Origin: an uncultured Chloroflexia bacterium
GTDB lineage: Bacteria > Chloroflexota > Limnocylindria > Limnocylindrales > CSP1-4
NCBI GenBank assembly: GCA_963768655.1
Contig: CAVYIM010000004.1
Coordinates: 704,001 to 768,000, forward strand
Reading direction: 5' to 3'
Length of the DNA: 64,000 bases
Shown: one piece after another, positions 22,521-33,113 of the stretch
Layout of the letters: each line of letters opens with the position of its first letter
Position numbering within the stretch: the stretch's first letter is position 1
The notes under the pieces: model-generated
Database searches by the model: none
Seen by the model: only the letters and a program-made list of their open reading frames with translations
What the model was told of the DNA's origin: nothing
Position numbers and translations under genes: made by a program

Positions 22521-23519
22521 GTGTCGGATGTGATCCGCTTCCAATTCGATCCAACAATCGCCCCATTCGGTCTGACCGTCCGGGTGGAGACTCTGGCGCT
22601 CGCCGGCGTCGTCTTCATCGTCCTGGTCCTCGCGGCGCTGGGCGCCGGCCGGATGCGCTCCCGGTTCGAGGCCAACCCGGACGGCGTTCCCAGGGACGCG
22701 GCCCGCCTCCGCCGCGACGACCTGATTCTCATTGCCTTCGGAGTCGTGCCCGGCGCGGTGGTCGGGGGCCGGCTCGACTATGGGCTGATCCACTTCGACT
22801 ACTTCAGCCTCGACCCGGGCCGCCTCACCGACCCGGGGCAGGGCGGCCTGGCATTGTCGCTGGCGGTGGTTTTCGGCACCGTCACTGCGATTGCCGTGGC
22901 CCTCCTTCTGGGGGCGCCGATCAGTCGCTGGCTGCACGTGGCCAGTGGGCCCCTCCTCGTGGGGCTGGGTCTGGGCAAGCTGGCGATGATCCTTGGCGCG
23001 GATGGCCAGGGCCAGTTCTCGGACGCCTGGTGGGCGACCGCCTATCTGCGACCCGGGCCGTGGCAGAGCATCAGCGCGAGCAGCCCGGCGCTGCCGTCGC
23101 AGGCCGTCGAGGGCGGCCTCGTTCTGCTGGCCCTGTTGGCGATGCTGATTGTCCCGTTCGCGTTGAGGTTCCGTCTGCGGCGCTGGCACTTTGTCGTTCG
23201 GCCGGGCATGGCCCCGCGGCGCGCGTGGTGGATGCTGACCGGCTACCGCCGCTTCCTGACCGCGCTGTGCCTGTGGTCGGTGGCGCGATTCGCGGCCGCG
23301 TTCACATGGCGCGACGCCGAGGTCGCCGGTCCGTTCCGGGCGGAGCAGCTCGTCCTCATGTGCGTCTTCGGGTCCTGCGTGCTCGTCTTCCTCGCCGGCG
23401 GCCTGTGGGACTGGCGACGAGCGCGCTCCTCGAGGACGGCCGCCAGGCTGGCGGCGGCAGCGCAGGGCGGGGCTGATCTACCCCAGCCCAGGAGCATCGT
23501 GGAGGCGGCTCCGCGGTAG
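22521..23519 (+). CDS. Divergent Lgt-family membrane protein (catalytic signature degenerate)
   Basis: Lgt-like topology (FDPTIAPFGLTVR, GAVVGGRLDY, LPSQAVEG). WYG, H/YGG and GRxGNF are replaced. Confidence 0.75.
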   Translation: MSDVIRFQFDPTIAPFGLTVRVETLALAGVVFIVLVLAALGAGRMRSRFEANPDGVPRDAARLRRDDLILIAFGVVPGAVVGGRLDYGLIHFDYFSLDPGRLTDPGQGGLALSLAVVFGTVTAIAVALLLGAPISRWLHVASGPLLVGLGLGKLAMILGADGQGQFSDAWWATAYLRPGPWQSISASSPALPSQAVEGGLVLLALLAMLIVPFALRFRLRRWHFVVRPGMAPRRAWWMLTGYRRFLTALCLWSVARFAAAFTWRDAEVAGPFRAEQLVLMCVFGSCVLVFLAGGLWDWRRARSSRTAARLAAAAQGGADLPQPRSIVEAAPR

Positions 23520-23596
23520 CTCGCTGGTTCCGTGGCCGGTCCGTTGTCGCTCCTGCCCGGTCTGGCGATACCGGAGTATCCTCGGACCATCGACCG

Positions 23597-24874
23597 ATGG
23601 AGACTCGGATGTCGCCGCCAACCCCCCGCCCGGAAAGGAACAGGACCCTGGCCTCCGGGCCGGGCGGCACGTCAAGTCGCGTGGGGCCGGGCGGCAAGGG
23701 GCCGGGTTCCGGCGGCGACGATCGGAGGCGGCAGGCCGCGCCTCAATCCCACGGTGCACATGCCAGCGCCGGCCGGCCCGCGACCAAGCGTCCCGAGTCG
23801 ACCAGGCCCGCGCCAGTCCTGGTGCGCCAGGTTCGGGGCGGCGTAGTCGAGAGCCGCCATCGAGGCTCGATCGTCCAGGTGGACGTCGACGGCACCGTCC
23901 AGCGAGCGCTTGGCGACCCGGACCTCCTAGTCAATCTGAGGTCGGCTGTGAAGCCGTTTGGCCTGGTCGCGCTCGTGGAGGCCCGCGGCATCGAGGCTTT
24001 CGACCTCTCGAGTGCCGAGCTGGCGATCATGGCCGGATCCCATTCGGGCGAGGATCTCCACGTCCGGACTCTGCAGGCAATCTTCCGACGATCGGGCATC
24101 TCGCAGCAGGCGCTCGGCTGCGGCTCGGTGGGGGCGCCGCTCGATGCCCTGACGGCGGCCCGCCTGGCGCGCGACGGTGAGAAGGCGGGCCAGATCCGGC
24201 ACATGTGCTCGGGCCAGCACACGTCGTTGTTGCTCCTGTGCAGGATCAACGATTGGCCCCTGGAGGAGTACTGGCGCCCCGACCATCCGGTTCAGCGCCT
24301 GTACTCGGCGACGATCGCGCGAGCCTTCAGCACCAGCTCGGCGCTGCTGGTGACCTCGACCGACGCCTGCGGCGTTCCCACGTATGCCTTCCCGCTGGCG
24401 GAGGTGGCGCGCGCGTTCGCCATGCTGGCGGATCCGAGCGGGGTCCGGCCGACCGATTCGCGCTTCAGCCTGGTCGAGCCCCTGACTCGCGTTCGCGACG
24501 CAATGCTCGCCAATCCCGAGATGGTGGCCGGCAGCCGCGACCGGCTCGACACTTCGGTCATGAAAGCCCTGCCGGCCCGGCTGGTCGCCAAGGGCGGCGC
24601 CGAGGGGTTGCGTGGCTTCGCCATCCTGCCCGAGGCCGGCAACGGCCGGCCGAGACCGTCGGGTGTGGCAATCAAGATCGAGGACGGCGGAGGGTTCGAC
24701 CGGGCCGCCGGCGCGGCTTCGGTGGAGACGCTCCGCCAGATCGGCGTTCTGGACTCCGCGGCCCTGCGCGCCCTCGCCCGCTACCATCGACCGCTGGCGC
24801 TCGATCCACGCGGCGAGCCGGTCGGGGAAGCGGTCGCGGAGTTCGAGCTGGCGCCCATGGGCGAGTTGCTGTAG
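23597..24874 (+). CDS. Asparaginase II family protein (rhizobial-type AnsA fold)
   Basis: RGGVVESRHRG, RSAVKPF, SHSGE, CSGQH, DACG, KGGAEG and KIEDG motifs. Confidence 0.88.
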   Translation: METRMSPPTPRPERNRTLASGPGGTSSRVGPGGKGPGSGGDDRRRQAAPQSHGAHASAGRPATKRPESTRPAPVLVRQVRGGVVESRHRGSIVQVDVDGTVQRALGDPDLLVNLRSAVKPFGLVALVEARGIEAFDLSSAELAIMAGSHSGEDLHVRTLQAIFRRSGISQQALGCGSVGAPLDALTAARLARDGEKAGQIRHMCSGQHTSLLLLCRINDWPLEEYWRPDHPVQRLYSATIARAFSTSSALLVTSTDACGVPTYAFPLAEVARAFAMLADPSGVRPTDSRFSLVEPLTRVRDAMLANPEMVAGSRDRLDTSVMKALPARLVAKGGAEGLRGFAILPEAGNGRPRPSGVAIKIEDGGGFDRAAGAASVETLRQIGVLDSAALRALARYHRPLALDPRGEPVGEAVAEFELAPMGELL

Positions 24875-24941
24875 ACGCAAGCTCGGCCGCCAGGCGGCGC
24901 TGGCGCCCTGAGTCCCGGCGCCGCTCCCGTACACTAGTGGT

Positions 24942-26451
24942 ATGGCAGAGGTCCGCGTTCGCATCGCGCCCAGCCCCACGGGGCCGCTGCACCTTGGGAC
25001 CGCCCGGACGGCACTCTTCAACTACCTGTTCGCGCGCCATCTCGGCGGAACGTTCATCTTCCGCCTGGAGGACACGGATCAGGCCCGCTCGACGGAGGCC
25101 TACGAGCTCGACATCCTGGAGGGCCTCCACTGGCTGGGGATTCGATGGGACGAGGGGCCGGGCATCGGTGACGAGCCGGAGCGCGGCTCGTACGGCCCGT
25201 ATCGCCAGATGCAGCGCCTGGAGCGCTACACGGAAGCCGCCACGCGGTTGCTGGCCGAGGACAAGGCCTACTACTGCTACTGCACCCCGGACGAGCTCGA
25301 CGCCGAGCGCAAGCTCCAGGAGGCCGCCCGTGAGACGCTGCGGTACAGCGGGCGCTGCGCCCAGCTGACTCAGGCGGAGCGGGCCGCCTTCGAGGTCGAG
25401 GGGCGCTCGCCGGTCGTGCGCTTCCGCATCCCGCCCAACCGGACGATAGCCTTCGACGACATCGTGCGCGGGCACGTGGAGATAGACACGAACGCCCTGG
25501 GCGGTGACCTGGTGATCGTGCGCTCCGATGGCAGCCCGCTCTACCACTTCACTGTGGCGGTGGACGACGCGGCGATGGCGATCAGCCACGTCATCCGCGG
25601 CGAGGACCACCTCTCGAACACGCCCAAGCACATCCTGCTCTTCGAGGCGATGGGCGCGGTCGTGCCCCAGTTTGCCCACCTGCCGCTCATCCTCAACCCC
25701 GACCGAACCAAGATGAGCAAACGCAAGAGCCAGACGGCCGTGGCGGACTATCGGGCCCAGGGGTTCATCCCGGAGGCCTTCGTCAACTACCTGGCGCTCC
25801 TGGGCTGGTCGACCGGCACCGAGGAGGAGGTCCTCTCGCTGGCCGAGCTGGTCGAGCGATTCGAGCTTTCGGCCGTCAACAGGGCCGCTGCCGTCTTCGA
25901 CCGCGAACCGGCTCGAATGGCTGAACGGCCAGTGGATCCGGCGGCTCTCGGCGGAGGATCTGATCGATCGGCTGCGGCCGTTCATGGAGGCCGAACTGGC
26001 GGCCGGCCGCATCGACTGGCTGCCGTCGGACGAGGAGATGAGGGCCTTGCTGCCGGTCCTGCAAGAGCGCCTGCCGACGCTTTCCGCCGTCGGTGACATC
26101 GTCGGCTTCCTGTTCGTCAAGAACCTGGAACCGGACCCGGCGCTGATCGTTCCGAAGCGCTGGGACGCGGCGACGACCGCGGCCGCCCTCGCGGCGGCTA
26201 GCCAGACGATCGCCGACGTCGGCCAGGTCAGCTGGGAGGCCGACGAGATCGAGCCGCCACTGCGACGCCTCGTGGAGGAGCGCGGCTGGAAGGCCGGTGA
26301 CCTGTTCATGTCGATTCGGGTCGCGATCACCGGCCGAACTGCTACGCCGCCGCTCTTCGATACCATGGTGGCGCTCGGCTACGAGCGGACCCTTACCCGG
26401 CTGGACCGGGCGATCGAGCGGCTCGTGGCTCAGGCGGCCCCGACGCCTTAG
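24942..26451 (+). CDS. gltX: Glutamate--tRNA ligase; +1 frameshift near 25908 (probable sequence error)
   Basis: RIAPSPTG-HLG, RLEDTD, IRGEDH and KMSKR motifs. The anticodon-binding domain continues in ORF 25984..26451 after GAA-CC-GG. Confidence 0.95.
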
Positions 26452-26470
26452 GGACGTCACAGGAGAGAAG

Positions 26471-27169
26471 ATGGCGCGCACCATCCTGGTCGTCGATGAC
26501 GAGAAGACCCTGCGCGAGACGCTGGCCGAGAGTCTCGAGACGGAAGGCTTCGCCGTCGTTCAGGCGGCCGACGGCCGGGAGGCCGTCGAGGCGTTCCGGC
26601 GCCACCGCCCGGACCTGATCCTGCTCGACCTCATGCTGCCCGAGCTGAGCGGCACCGAGGTGTGCAGGATCATCCGGGCCGAATCGGGCGTGCCGATCCT
26701 GATGCTGACGGCCAAGAGCGCCGAGGTGGACAAGGTCGTCGGGCTGGAGCTGGGGGCGGACGACTACGTCACCAAGCCCTTCAGCTTCCGCGAGCTGCTG
26801 GCTCGCATTCGCGCCTTGCTGCGCCGGTCGGAGACGCAGGCGCAGGCACCCGAGTCGGAGACGATCGAGCTGGGAGCCGTCCGCGTCGACCTCGCGGGGC
26901 GGCGGCTGCTTCGAGGAAGTGAGGTCCTCCCGGTCAAGCCCAAGGCCTTCGAGCTGCTGCTCTTCCTCGTTCACAATGCCGGCCACGTCTTCACCCGCGA
27001 CCAGCTGCTGGAGCGGGTCTGGGGCTACGACTACGCCGGCGAGACGCGCACGGTGGACGTCCACGTCCACTGGCTGCGGGCCCAGATCGAGGCCGACCCG
27101 GCCAACCCGATCTACCTCGAGACCGTGCGCGGCGTGGGCTACGTGCTGAGGCGGCCGGAGGCCGGCTGA
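26471..27169 (+). CDS. OmpR/PhoB-family response regulator (PhoB/RegX3-like)
   Basis: LVVDDE, LILLDLMLP, LTAK, GADDYVTKPF and winged-helix TRTVDVHVHWLR; AGGAG RBS. Confidence 0.93.
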   Translation: MARTILVVDDEKTLRETLAESLETEGFAVVQAADGREAVEAFRRHRPDLILLDLMLPELSGTEVCRIIRAESGVPILMLTAKSAEVDKVVGLELGADDYVTKPFSFRELLARIRALLRRSETQAQAPESETIELGAVRVDLAGRRLLRGSEVLPVKPKAFELLLFLVHNAGHVFTRDQLLERVWGYDYAGETRTVDVHVHWLRAQIEADPANPIYLETVRGVGYVLRRPEAG

Positions 27170-27182
27170 AGCGGAGAGGGTG

Positions 27183-27238
27183 CCCGCGCCCCGGCCGCGG
27201 GCCGGGCGGCCGCGGCGCCGGGCGGTCGGGGCGCGGGT
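27183..27238. terminator. GC-rich stem-loop between the convergent regulator and pit genes
   Basis: CCCGCGCCCCGGCCGC ... GCGGTCGGGGCGCGGG inverted repeat. Confidence 0.5.
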
Positions 27239-27264
27239 AGTTCGTCGCCGGCTGCCGCGGCGCG

Positions 27265-28398
27265 CTACACGCCGAACAGGTGGAGGATCGCGGCGATCGG
27301 GCCAGACAGGACCTGCAGCACGAAGAACGCGCCCGCTGCGATGAGGGCGGCGCAAGGAATCGTCAGGATCCAGGCCGTGACGATGCTTCGCGCCACTCCC
27401 CAGTGAACCGCGTTGGGCCGGTCGCTCGAGCCGACGCCCATGATCGCCGTCGAGATGACGTGTGTGGTCGAGACGGGCATTCCAAAGTGGCCCGCGCCGA
27501 GGATGATCGTGGCCGCCGTCGTCTCCGCGGCGAAGCCATGTACCGGATCCAGCCTCACGACCTTCTGACCCATCGTCTTCATGATCCGCCAGCCGCCGGC
27601 GGCTGTGCCAAAAGACATGGCCGTGGCTGCCATCAGGATCACCCAAACGGGCACCGTCTTGTCGTGAATGGCGCCAGCGCTGTAGAGGGCCAGCGTCAGG
27701 ATTCCCATGGTCTTTTGGGCGTCGTTGGAGCCGTGGCTCAGGGCCATGTAGGTCGCGGACAGGATCTGGATGCGGCGGAAGCGATCGCTGATTCGGCGAG
27801 GGCTGACCCCCTGGGGTTCGGTCGGGTCGGGCTGTCCGGGTGTGCCACCGGCGCGGCGACGGTGGAAGTAGAGCCTGATGTGGTTCGGCCCGGCGCGGAC
27901 GATCCAGTTCAGCAGCAGAACCATGAAGCCGAACCCGATGATCAGGCCAAGGATCGGCGAGGTGACCAGCGGAAACAGCACCTTGCCGGCGAAGCTGCCC
28001 CACTGCACTGCGTTCGGGCCTGCGGAGGCCCAGGCGGCGCCGATCAAGCCGCCGACCAGAGCATGGCTGCTGGAGCTGGGGATGGCCAGAGCCCACGTGA
28101 TCAGGTTCCACACGATCGCTCCGAGCAACGCCGCGGCCAGGACTTCGGCGCCGTTGCCCAGGACCATGTTGTCCTGGACGATCCCGCTGCCGATCGTTGT
28201 CGCCACCGCGGTGCCGAACACCAGGGCGCCGACGAAGTTAGCCGAGGCGGACAAGAAGATCGCGTACTCGGGCTTGAGGGCCCGCGTCGCCACCGAAGTC
28301 GCGATCGCGTTGGCGGTGTCGTGGAAGCCGTTGATGTAGTCGAACGAGACGCCCAGCGCGAAAATCGCGATCAACCCAAGGATCTGACTCTCGGTCAA
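27265..28398 (-). CDS. pit: Inorganic phosphate transporter, PiT family
   Basis: NGFHDTANAIAT, PSSSSHAL, HGSNDAQK and PVSTTH signature motifs. Confidence 0.95.
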   Translation of the reverse strand: MTESQILGLIAIFALGVSFDYINGFHDTANAIATSVATRALKPEYAIFLSASANFVGALVFGTAVATTIGSGIVQDNMVLGNGAEVLAAALLGAIVWNLITWALAIPSSSSHALVGGLIGAAWASAGPNAVQWGSFAGKVLFPLVTSPILGLIIGFGFMVLLLNWIVRAGPNHIRLYFHRRRAGGTPGQPDPTEPQGVSPRRISDRFRRIQILSATYMALSHGSNDAQKTMGILTLALYSAGAIHDKTVPVWVILMAATAMSFGTAAGGWRIMKTMGQKVVRLDPVHGFAAETTAATIILGAGHFGMPVSTTHVISTAIMGVGSSDRPNAVHWGVARSIVTAWILTIPCAALIAAGAFFVLQVLSGPIAAILHLFGV

Positions 28399-28609
28399 AC
28401 CTGCTCGCTCTCACGGTGACAACGCGACCGCGACGGGGGTCGCGCAATCGAAGAGGCTATCAGGTCGAGAGCGCCCCTGCTCCGCCTCTCCCGCCACTTG
28501 CCTCGGACGCGAGTCCCGCGGTTCTCACAGCGCGGCTGTCCGCGACGGCGACCGAAGGGGAGTGCGGTCGGGACCCGGCGGACCTCAGCCGACTGCCCAT
28601 GCCGCAGAC

Positions 28610-28653
28610 GTTGACCGCCTGTTAACACCGGCCTAACGAGGGGCAGAGAGTCT
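28610..28653 (+). promoter_or_regulatory. Putative Pho-box promoter of the ABC operon
   Basis: GTTGAC-N5-GTTAAC-N5-CCTAAC-N10-GAGTCT. Confidence 0.7.
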
Positions 28654-28767
28654 ATCGCTGGTTGGCTGCCGTCCCACGGTCCACCACCGCCCCAGGGCTT
28701 GTCAGCGAGCGTGGCCGCCGGAAGACGATCCGGTGCGTCCGCTCGAAGGAATTGAAGGAGGATACCC

Positions 28768-30042
28768 GTGGCGTACGATCCACTGCTCGAACGCATCGAC
28801 CACCTCAGCGGCGCGTTCAACGCCGGTCAGATCGACCGCCGGCAGTTCCTGAAGGGGCTTGTTGGCCTGGGGCTTAGCCTGTCGGCCATCAGCGTGGTCA
28901 TAGCCGCCTGCAGCAGCGCGGCCACTCCGTCGCCGGCCACGTCCGTCCCCGCCACTACCGTTCCTGCCACTCCCGTCCCGGCAACCGCTGCGGCCACCGC
29001 ATCCCTGGCGGCGATGTCGCCGACGGCGATGGCGACGGCCGACCTGACGGCCCTCATCGCGGCCGCCAAAGGTGAAGGCAGCATCTACCAGACCGGCATT
29101 CCGCCAGAGTGGGTCAACTATCAGGCGATCTTCAACCTCTGGCAGCAGGACTACGGGATCCCGATCAACGGCACGTCCACTGAAGGCGAATACAGCTCGG
29201 GCCAGGAGCTCGACTCGATCAAGAACACCGGCAAGCCGGACGTCGGCGACGTCGGAATCGCCTTCGCCGTGCAGGCCAAGACGCAGGGCCTGTCGGCCCC
29301 CTACAAGAACTCCTTCTGGGCGGACATCCCCGACACCGCCAAGGACGCCGACGGCTACTGGTGCTGCAACTACTGGGGCGCCCAGGCCTTCGCCGTCAAC
29401 ACGGACGCGGTCACGATCCCGATCAAGGACTGGAACGACCTTCTCGATCCGTCGCTGAAGAACGCGGTCGGAATCGACGGCGACCCCACCAAGGCGAACG
29501 ACGCTTTCTTCGCCGTGTGGTCGGCGGCCATCGCCAACGGTGGCGGAGTCGACAACATCCAACCCGGCATCGACTTCTTCAACAAGCTGCAGCAGTCGGG
29601 CAACCTGACCGCCGCCCGGGCGAGCGACGCCAACATCCTCAGCGGCGAAGTGAAGGTCGCCATCAAGTGGGACTACCTTGGCCTGGCCGTTCGCGACAAG
29701 GCTGCCGGTGCCCCGAACATAACCGTGACGATCCCCTCGAGCGGATCGCTTGCCAGCCCCTATGCGGACATCATCGCCGCGAAGGCGCCCCATCCGAATG
29801 CGGCCAAGCTCTGGCAGGAGCTCGTCTACAGCGACGCCGCGCAGCTCCTCTTCCTCGCCGGCTACGCGCATCCCATTCGATACGACGTCCTGAACACGGC
29901 CGGAAAGATCCCGGCTGACCTGGCGGCCAAGCTCCCGTCCGCCGACCTCTACAAGAAGGTCACGCTCGTGACCGACATCGACAAGATCACGGCCGCCCAG
30001 ACCGCCCTCGGGACCGGCTGGACGATCGTCATCAACCAGTAG
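28768..30042 (+). CDS. ABC transporter substrate-binding lipoprotein (Tat signal; AfuA/PotD-like fold, likely organophosphate ligand)
   Basis: DRRQFLK Tat motif and IAAC lipobox; PPEWVNY, SSGQEL, DVGDVG, AKDADGYW and APHPNAAKLW motifs. Confidence 0.88.
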   Translation: MAYDPLLERIDHLSGAFNAGQIDRRQFLKGLVGLGLSLSAISVVIAACSSAATPSPATSVPATTVPATPVPATAAATASLAAMSPTAMATADLTALIAAAKGEGSIYQTGIPPEWVNYQAIFNLWQQDYGIPINGTSTEGEYSSGQELDSIKNTGKPDVGDVGIAFAVQAKTQGLSAPYKNSFWADIPDTAKDADGYWCCNYWGAQAFAVNTDAVTIPIKDWNDLLDPSLKNAVGIDGDPTKANDAFFAVWSAAIANGGGVDNIQPGIDFFNKLQQSGNLTAARASDANILSGEVKVAIKWDYLGLAVRDKAAGAPNITVTIPSSGSLASPYADIIAAKAPHPNAAKLWQELVYSDAAQLLFLAGYAHPIRYDVLNTAGKIPADLAAKLPSADLYKKVTLVTDIDKITAAQTALGTGWTIVINQ

Positions 30043-30069
30043 CGACCGAACCAGTCTCGGAGCACCGGC

Positions 30070-30966
30070 GTGCTTTCGACAACTCCTGCGAGCTTCGTCC
30101 GCACGCCCGCCACGGCCAAGATCCGCGGCGGGCGTGCGGCTCTCGCCCTGTTACCGTTCGCCGCCCTGGTCTTGCTCTTCCTCGTGCTGCCGACGCTGTC
30201 GCTGATCTGGGGCAGCCTCCATAACAGCAGGACGGGCGGTTTCACCCTGGGGAATTACTCGTACCTCGGGCATCCGCTCGATCTGGTCCCGTTCGCCAAC
30301 TCGCTCGAACTCTCGCTGGCCGCGACGGTGCTGGGCGGCATGATCGGTCTGCTCATCGCCCAGGCGATCGTGTCGTCGCGCCGGCCCATCGTCCAGGAGA
30401 TCGCAACTACCTTCAGCAGCGTGGCCGCCAACTTCGCCGGCGTGCCCCTGGCCTTCGCCTTCATAGCGACGCTCGGCGCCAACGGGCTGCTGACGAAGGA
30501 GCTGCTCAACGCCGGCGTGGATATCTACGGCGGCGGATTCAAGCTCTATTCGGTCCTCGGCCTCACGGTCGTATACGCGTACTGGGAAATACCCCTGATG
30601 GTGCTCGTAATGCTGCCGCCGCTTCAGGCGATGAAGCCGGCCTGGCGCGAGGCGGCGGAGATCCTTGGCGCCACCAGATGGCAGTACCTGCGGTCAGTCG
30701 CCATCCCGATCCTCATGACGCCGTTCATCTCCTCGCTACTGCTCCTCTACGCCAATGCGTTTGGAGCGTATGCCACGGCGTACGGGTTGACGACCGGGTT
30801 CGTGCCGCTCGTCCCCCTTCAGATCTCGAACCTGGTCAATGGCGACGTCAACTTCGATCCAGGCCTGGCGGACGCGCTGGCGATCGGACTGGCCGTGATC
30901 ATGGCCGTCTGCATTGGGGGCCGGGCCGTCCTGGAGCGGCGGTCGGCCCGGTGGCTGGCGCGGTGA
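30070..30966 (+). CDS. ABC transporter permease
   Basis: Multi-TM with EAA loop WREAAEILGA; NFAGVPLAFAF. Confidence 0.9.
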   Translation: MLSTTPASFVRTPATAKIRGGRAALALLPFAALVLLFLVLPTLSLIWGSLHNSRTGGFTLGNYSYLGHPLDLVPFANSLELSLAATVLGGMIGLLIAQAIVSSRRPIVQEIATTFSSVAANFAGVPLAFAFIATLGANGLLTKELLNAGVDIYGGGFKLYSVLGLTVVYAYWEIPLMVLVMLPPLQAMKPAWREAAEILGATRWQYLRSVAIPILMTPFISSLLLLYANAFGAYATAYGLTTGFVPLVPLQISNLVNGDVNFDPGLADALAIGLAVIMAVCIGGRAVLERRSARWLAR

Positions 30967-30976
30967 GGAGGATGGC

Positions 30977-31870
30977 ATGAGCAGCCCATCGATCACCGGC
31001 GAAGCGACCGAAGAGGCGATCGCCATCCTCCCCGGAGCCCGCGCCAGGGAGAAAGCTGCGCGGCGAACGGGACGCGCTCGCCGGACCCCGGTCTGGGCGA
31101 TAGTCGTGCTGGCGGTGGCGATCGTCTATTTCCTGCTGCCGCTGTACGCGACGGCCGTGTTCGGGTTCTCGACCGGAAAGCACTTCACCCTGCAGCCTCT
31201 TTGGGACGGGCTGGGCGACGACGGCTTTCATTCGGCGCTGATCCTGAGCCTGACCTACTCGATCGTGACGACCGTGCTTGCCCTCGTTGTGGTCGCCCCG
31301 ACGGCCTATCTGGTGGAGCTCCGCTTCCCACGCCTGCGCGCCACGGTCGAGTTCCTGACGATCCTCCCGTTCGTGATCCCGCCCATCATCCTGGCCGTTG
31401 GGCTCGAGACGGTCTACGGCATCAACTCGCCCGTAAACCTGATCAGCTCGTCCTGGGCGCCCGTCCTGCTCACCGGTGGCTATTTCGTTCTGACCCTGCC
31501 GTTCGTGTTCCGCGCCATCGACAACGCGCTGCGCGCCGTGGACGTTCGGATGCTGAGCGAGGCCGCGGCCAGCCTGGGCGCCAGCCCGACGCGCGCGTTC
31601 CTGCAGGTGATCGTGCCCTCCATTTCGCTGGGGTTGGTTTCGGGGGCGCTCCTCGCGTTCACCACTGCCATGGGAGAGTTCACGCTGGCTGCCCTGCTCG
31701 GCTATGCCACGTTCCCCGTCTACCTCTTGAACCTGAATGGCTACCTGCCGCGAATGGGTGAGGCGCTCGTTCTGGTTAGCTTCCTCATCACCTGGGCGGG
31801 CGTGATCGCGCTGGCCGTCGTGGCCCGCAGGACACCCGGCACGCAGGTCATCCGCGGCGGCCCAATGTAA
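30977..31870 (+). CDS. ABC transporter permease
   Basis: EAA loop SEAAASLGAS; MGEFT. Confidence 0.9.
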   Translation: MSSPSITGEATEEAIAILPGARAREKAARRTGRARRTPVWAIVVLAVAIVYFLLPLYATAVFGFSTGKHFTLQPLWDGLGDDGFHSALILSLTYSIVTTVLALVVVAPTAYLVELRFPRLRATVEFLTILPFVIPPIILAVGLETVYGINSPVNLISSSWAPVLLTGGYFVLTLPFVFRAIDNALRAVDVRMLSEAAASLGASPTRAFLQVIVPSISLGLVSGALLAFTTAMGEFTLAALLGYATFPVYLLNLNGYLPRMGEALVLVSFLITWAGVIALAVVARRTPGTQVIRGGPM

Positions 31871-31894
31871 GCAGCTGTAAGGGCAGGATCGGCC

Positions 31895-33073
31895 ATGTCT
31901 CGTCTCGAACTGATCAACGTCAGCAAACGCTTCGGCGCCCAGGTTGCCGTGTCTGACTTCAACCTGACCGTCGAAGACGGTGAGCTCGTCTCGTTCCTCG
32001 GCCCGTCCGGATGCGGCAAAACGACGACGCTGCGCATGGCGGCCGGGTTCGAATCGCCAGACGCCGGCTCCGTCGTGGTCGACGGCGTCGACGTCACCGA
32101 CGTCCCCACGAACAAACGCGGGATGGGGATGGTCTTTCAGGGGTACGCGCTCTTCCCGAATATGACGGCCGCCGAGAACGTCGAGTTCGGTCTCGCCGTG
32201 CGCAAGCGGCCGCCAGCCCAGCGGCGGACGCGGGTCGCGGAACTCCTCGAACTGTTCGGGCTGGCCCACGTGGCCGGCAGCTACCCGCACCAGCTGTCCG
32301 GCGGGCAGCAGCAGCGCGTGGCTCTGGCGCGGGCCGTCGCGATCCAGCCGGGAGTGCTGCTGCTCGATGAGCCTCTGAGCGCCGTCGACGCCAAGGTGCG
32401 AGAGGAGCTGCGGACCGAGATCCGCCGCATGCAGGTCCAGCTGCACATCACCACGATCCTGGTCACGCACGACCAGTCCGAGGCGCTGTCCATCAGCGAC
32501 CGAGTGGTGGTCATGAATCGCGGCGCGATCGAGGAGGTCGGTACGCCGGCTCAGGTCTACGCCGAGCCGCGATCGGCGTTCACCGCCGGCTTCATCGGGG
32601 CGATGAACGAAATCCCCGTTCGAATCGTGTCCGGCACGCAGGGCGTCGTCGAACGTGGCGGACGTCGCGTCACGGCTCCGGGAGCCGCCGGACTCAGCGA
32701 TGGGGAACTGGCGCTCTTGCTCGTCCGGCCCGAATTGCTGGAGCCCCTCGGGGCTGCGAGCGCGGCGCTCAATGGCGACCTGACGATGTTGGGGCGGGTG
32801 GAGGTCCAAACGTTCCTCGGGGCCACCACCAGGCTTCTCCTGCGGGAGGTGTCGCGAGGCGCGGGCGACCTAGTTGCGCCGCCGTCGACTCGCCTGCTCG
32901 CCGTCGACGTTCCGAGCGCGAGTGCCGCAAGCTGGCCGGCCGGCACCGAGATGGAAGTCAGAATCCCCGTCAAGTCGAGCCGTGTGATTGCCGGGCAATC
33001 GGCGGCCAGAGGCATCGCCTGGTCGACGTCGGCGCCGGATGCATCGGGCCCGACTGCCATGCCACACGCATGA
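31895..33073 (+). CDS. ABC transporter ATP-binding protein (PotA/MalK-like, TOBE domain)
   Basis: [29 protein letters not shown] and VTHDQ motifs. Confidence 0.95.
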   Translation: MSRLELINVSKRFGAQVAVSDFNLTVEDGELVSFLGPSGCGKTTTLRMAAGFESPDAGSVVVDGVDVTDVPTNKRGMGMVFQGYALFPNMTAAENVEFGLAVRKRPPAQRRTRVAELLELFGLAHVAGSYPHQLSGGQQQRVALARAVAIQPGVLLLDEPLSAVDAKVREELRTEIRRMQVQLHITTILVTHDQSEALSISDRVVVMNRGAIEEVGTPAQVYAEPRSAFTAGFIGAMNEIPVRIVSGTQGVVERGGRRVTAPGAAGLSDGELALLLVRPELLEPLGAASAALNGDLTMLGRVEVQTFLGATTRLLLREVSRGAGDLVAPPSTRLLAVDVPSASAASWPAGTEMEVRIPVKSSRVIAGQSAARGIAWSTSAPDASGPTAMPHA

Positions 33074-33113
33074 TCGTGCCCGCAGCAGTCCTACGCCACA
33101 CGAGAGGAGCTCC

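Noticed and set aside
25900-25915. Frameshift in gltX as programmed recoding or pseudogenisation
   Set aside because: The gene is essential, a single extra C explains it, and no slippery heptamer is present. Similar single-base indels occur near 5850, 51834, 52438 and 63690, pointing to sequencing or assembly error.
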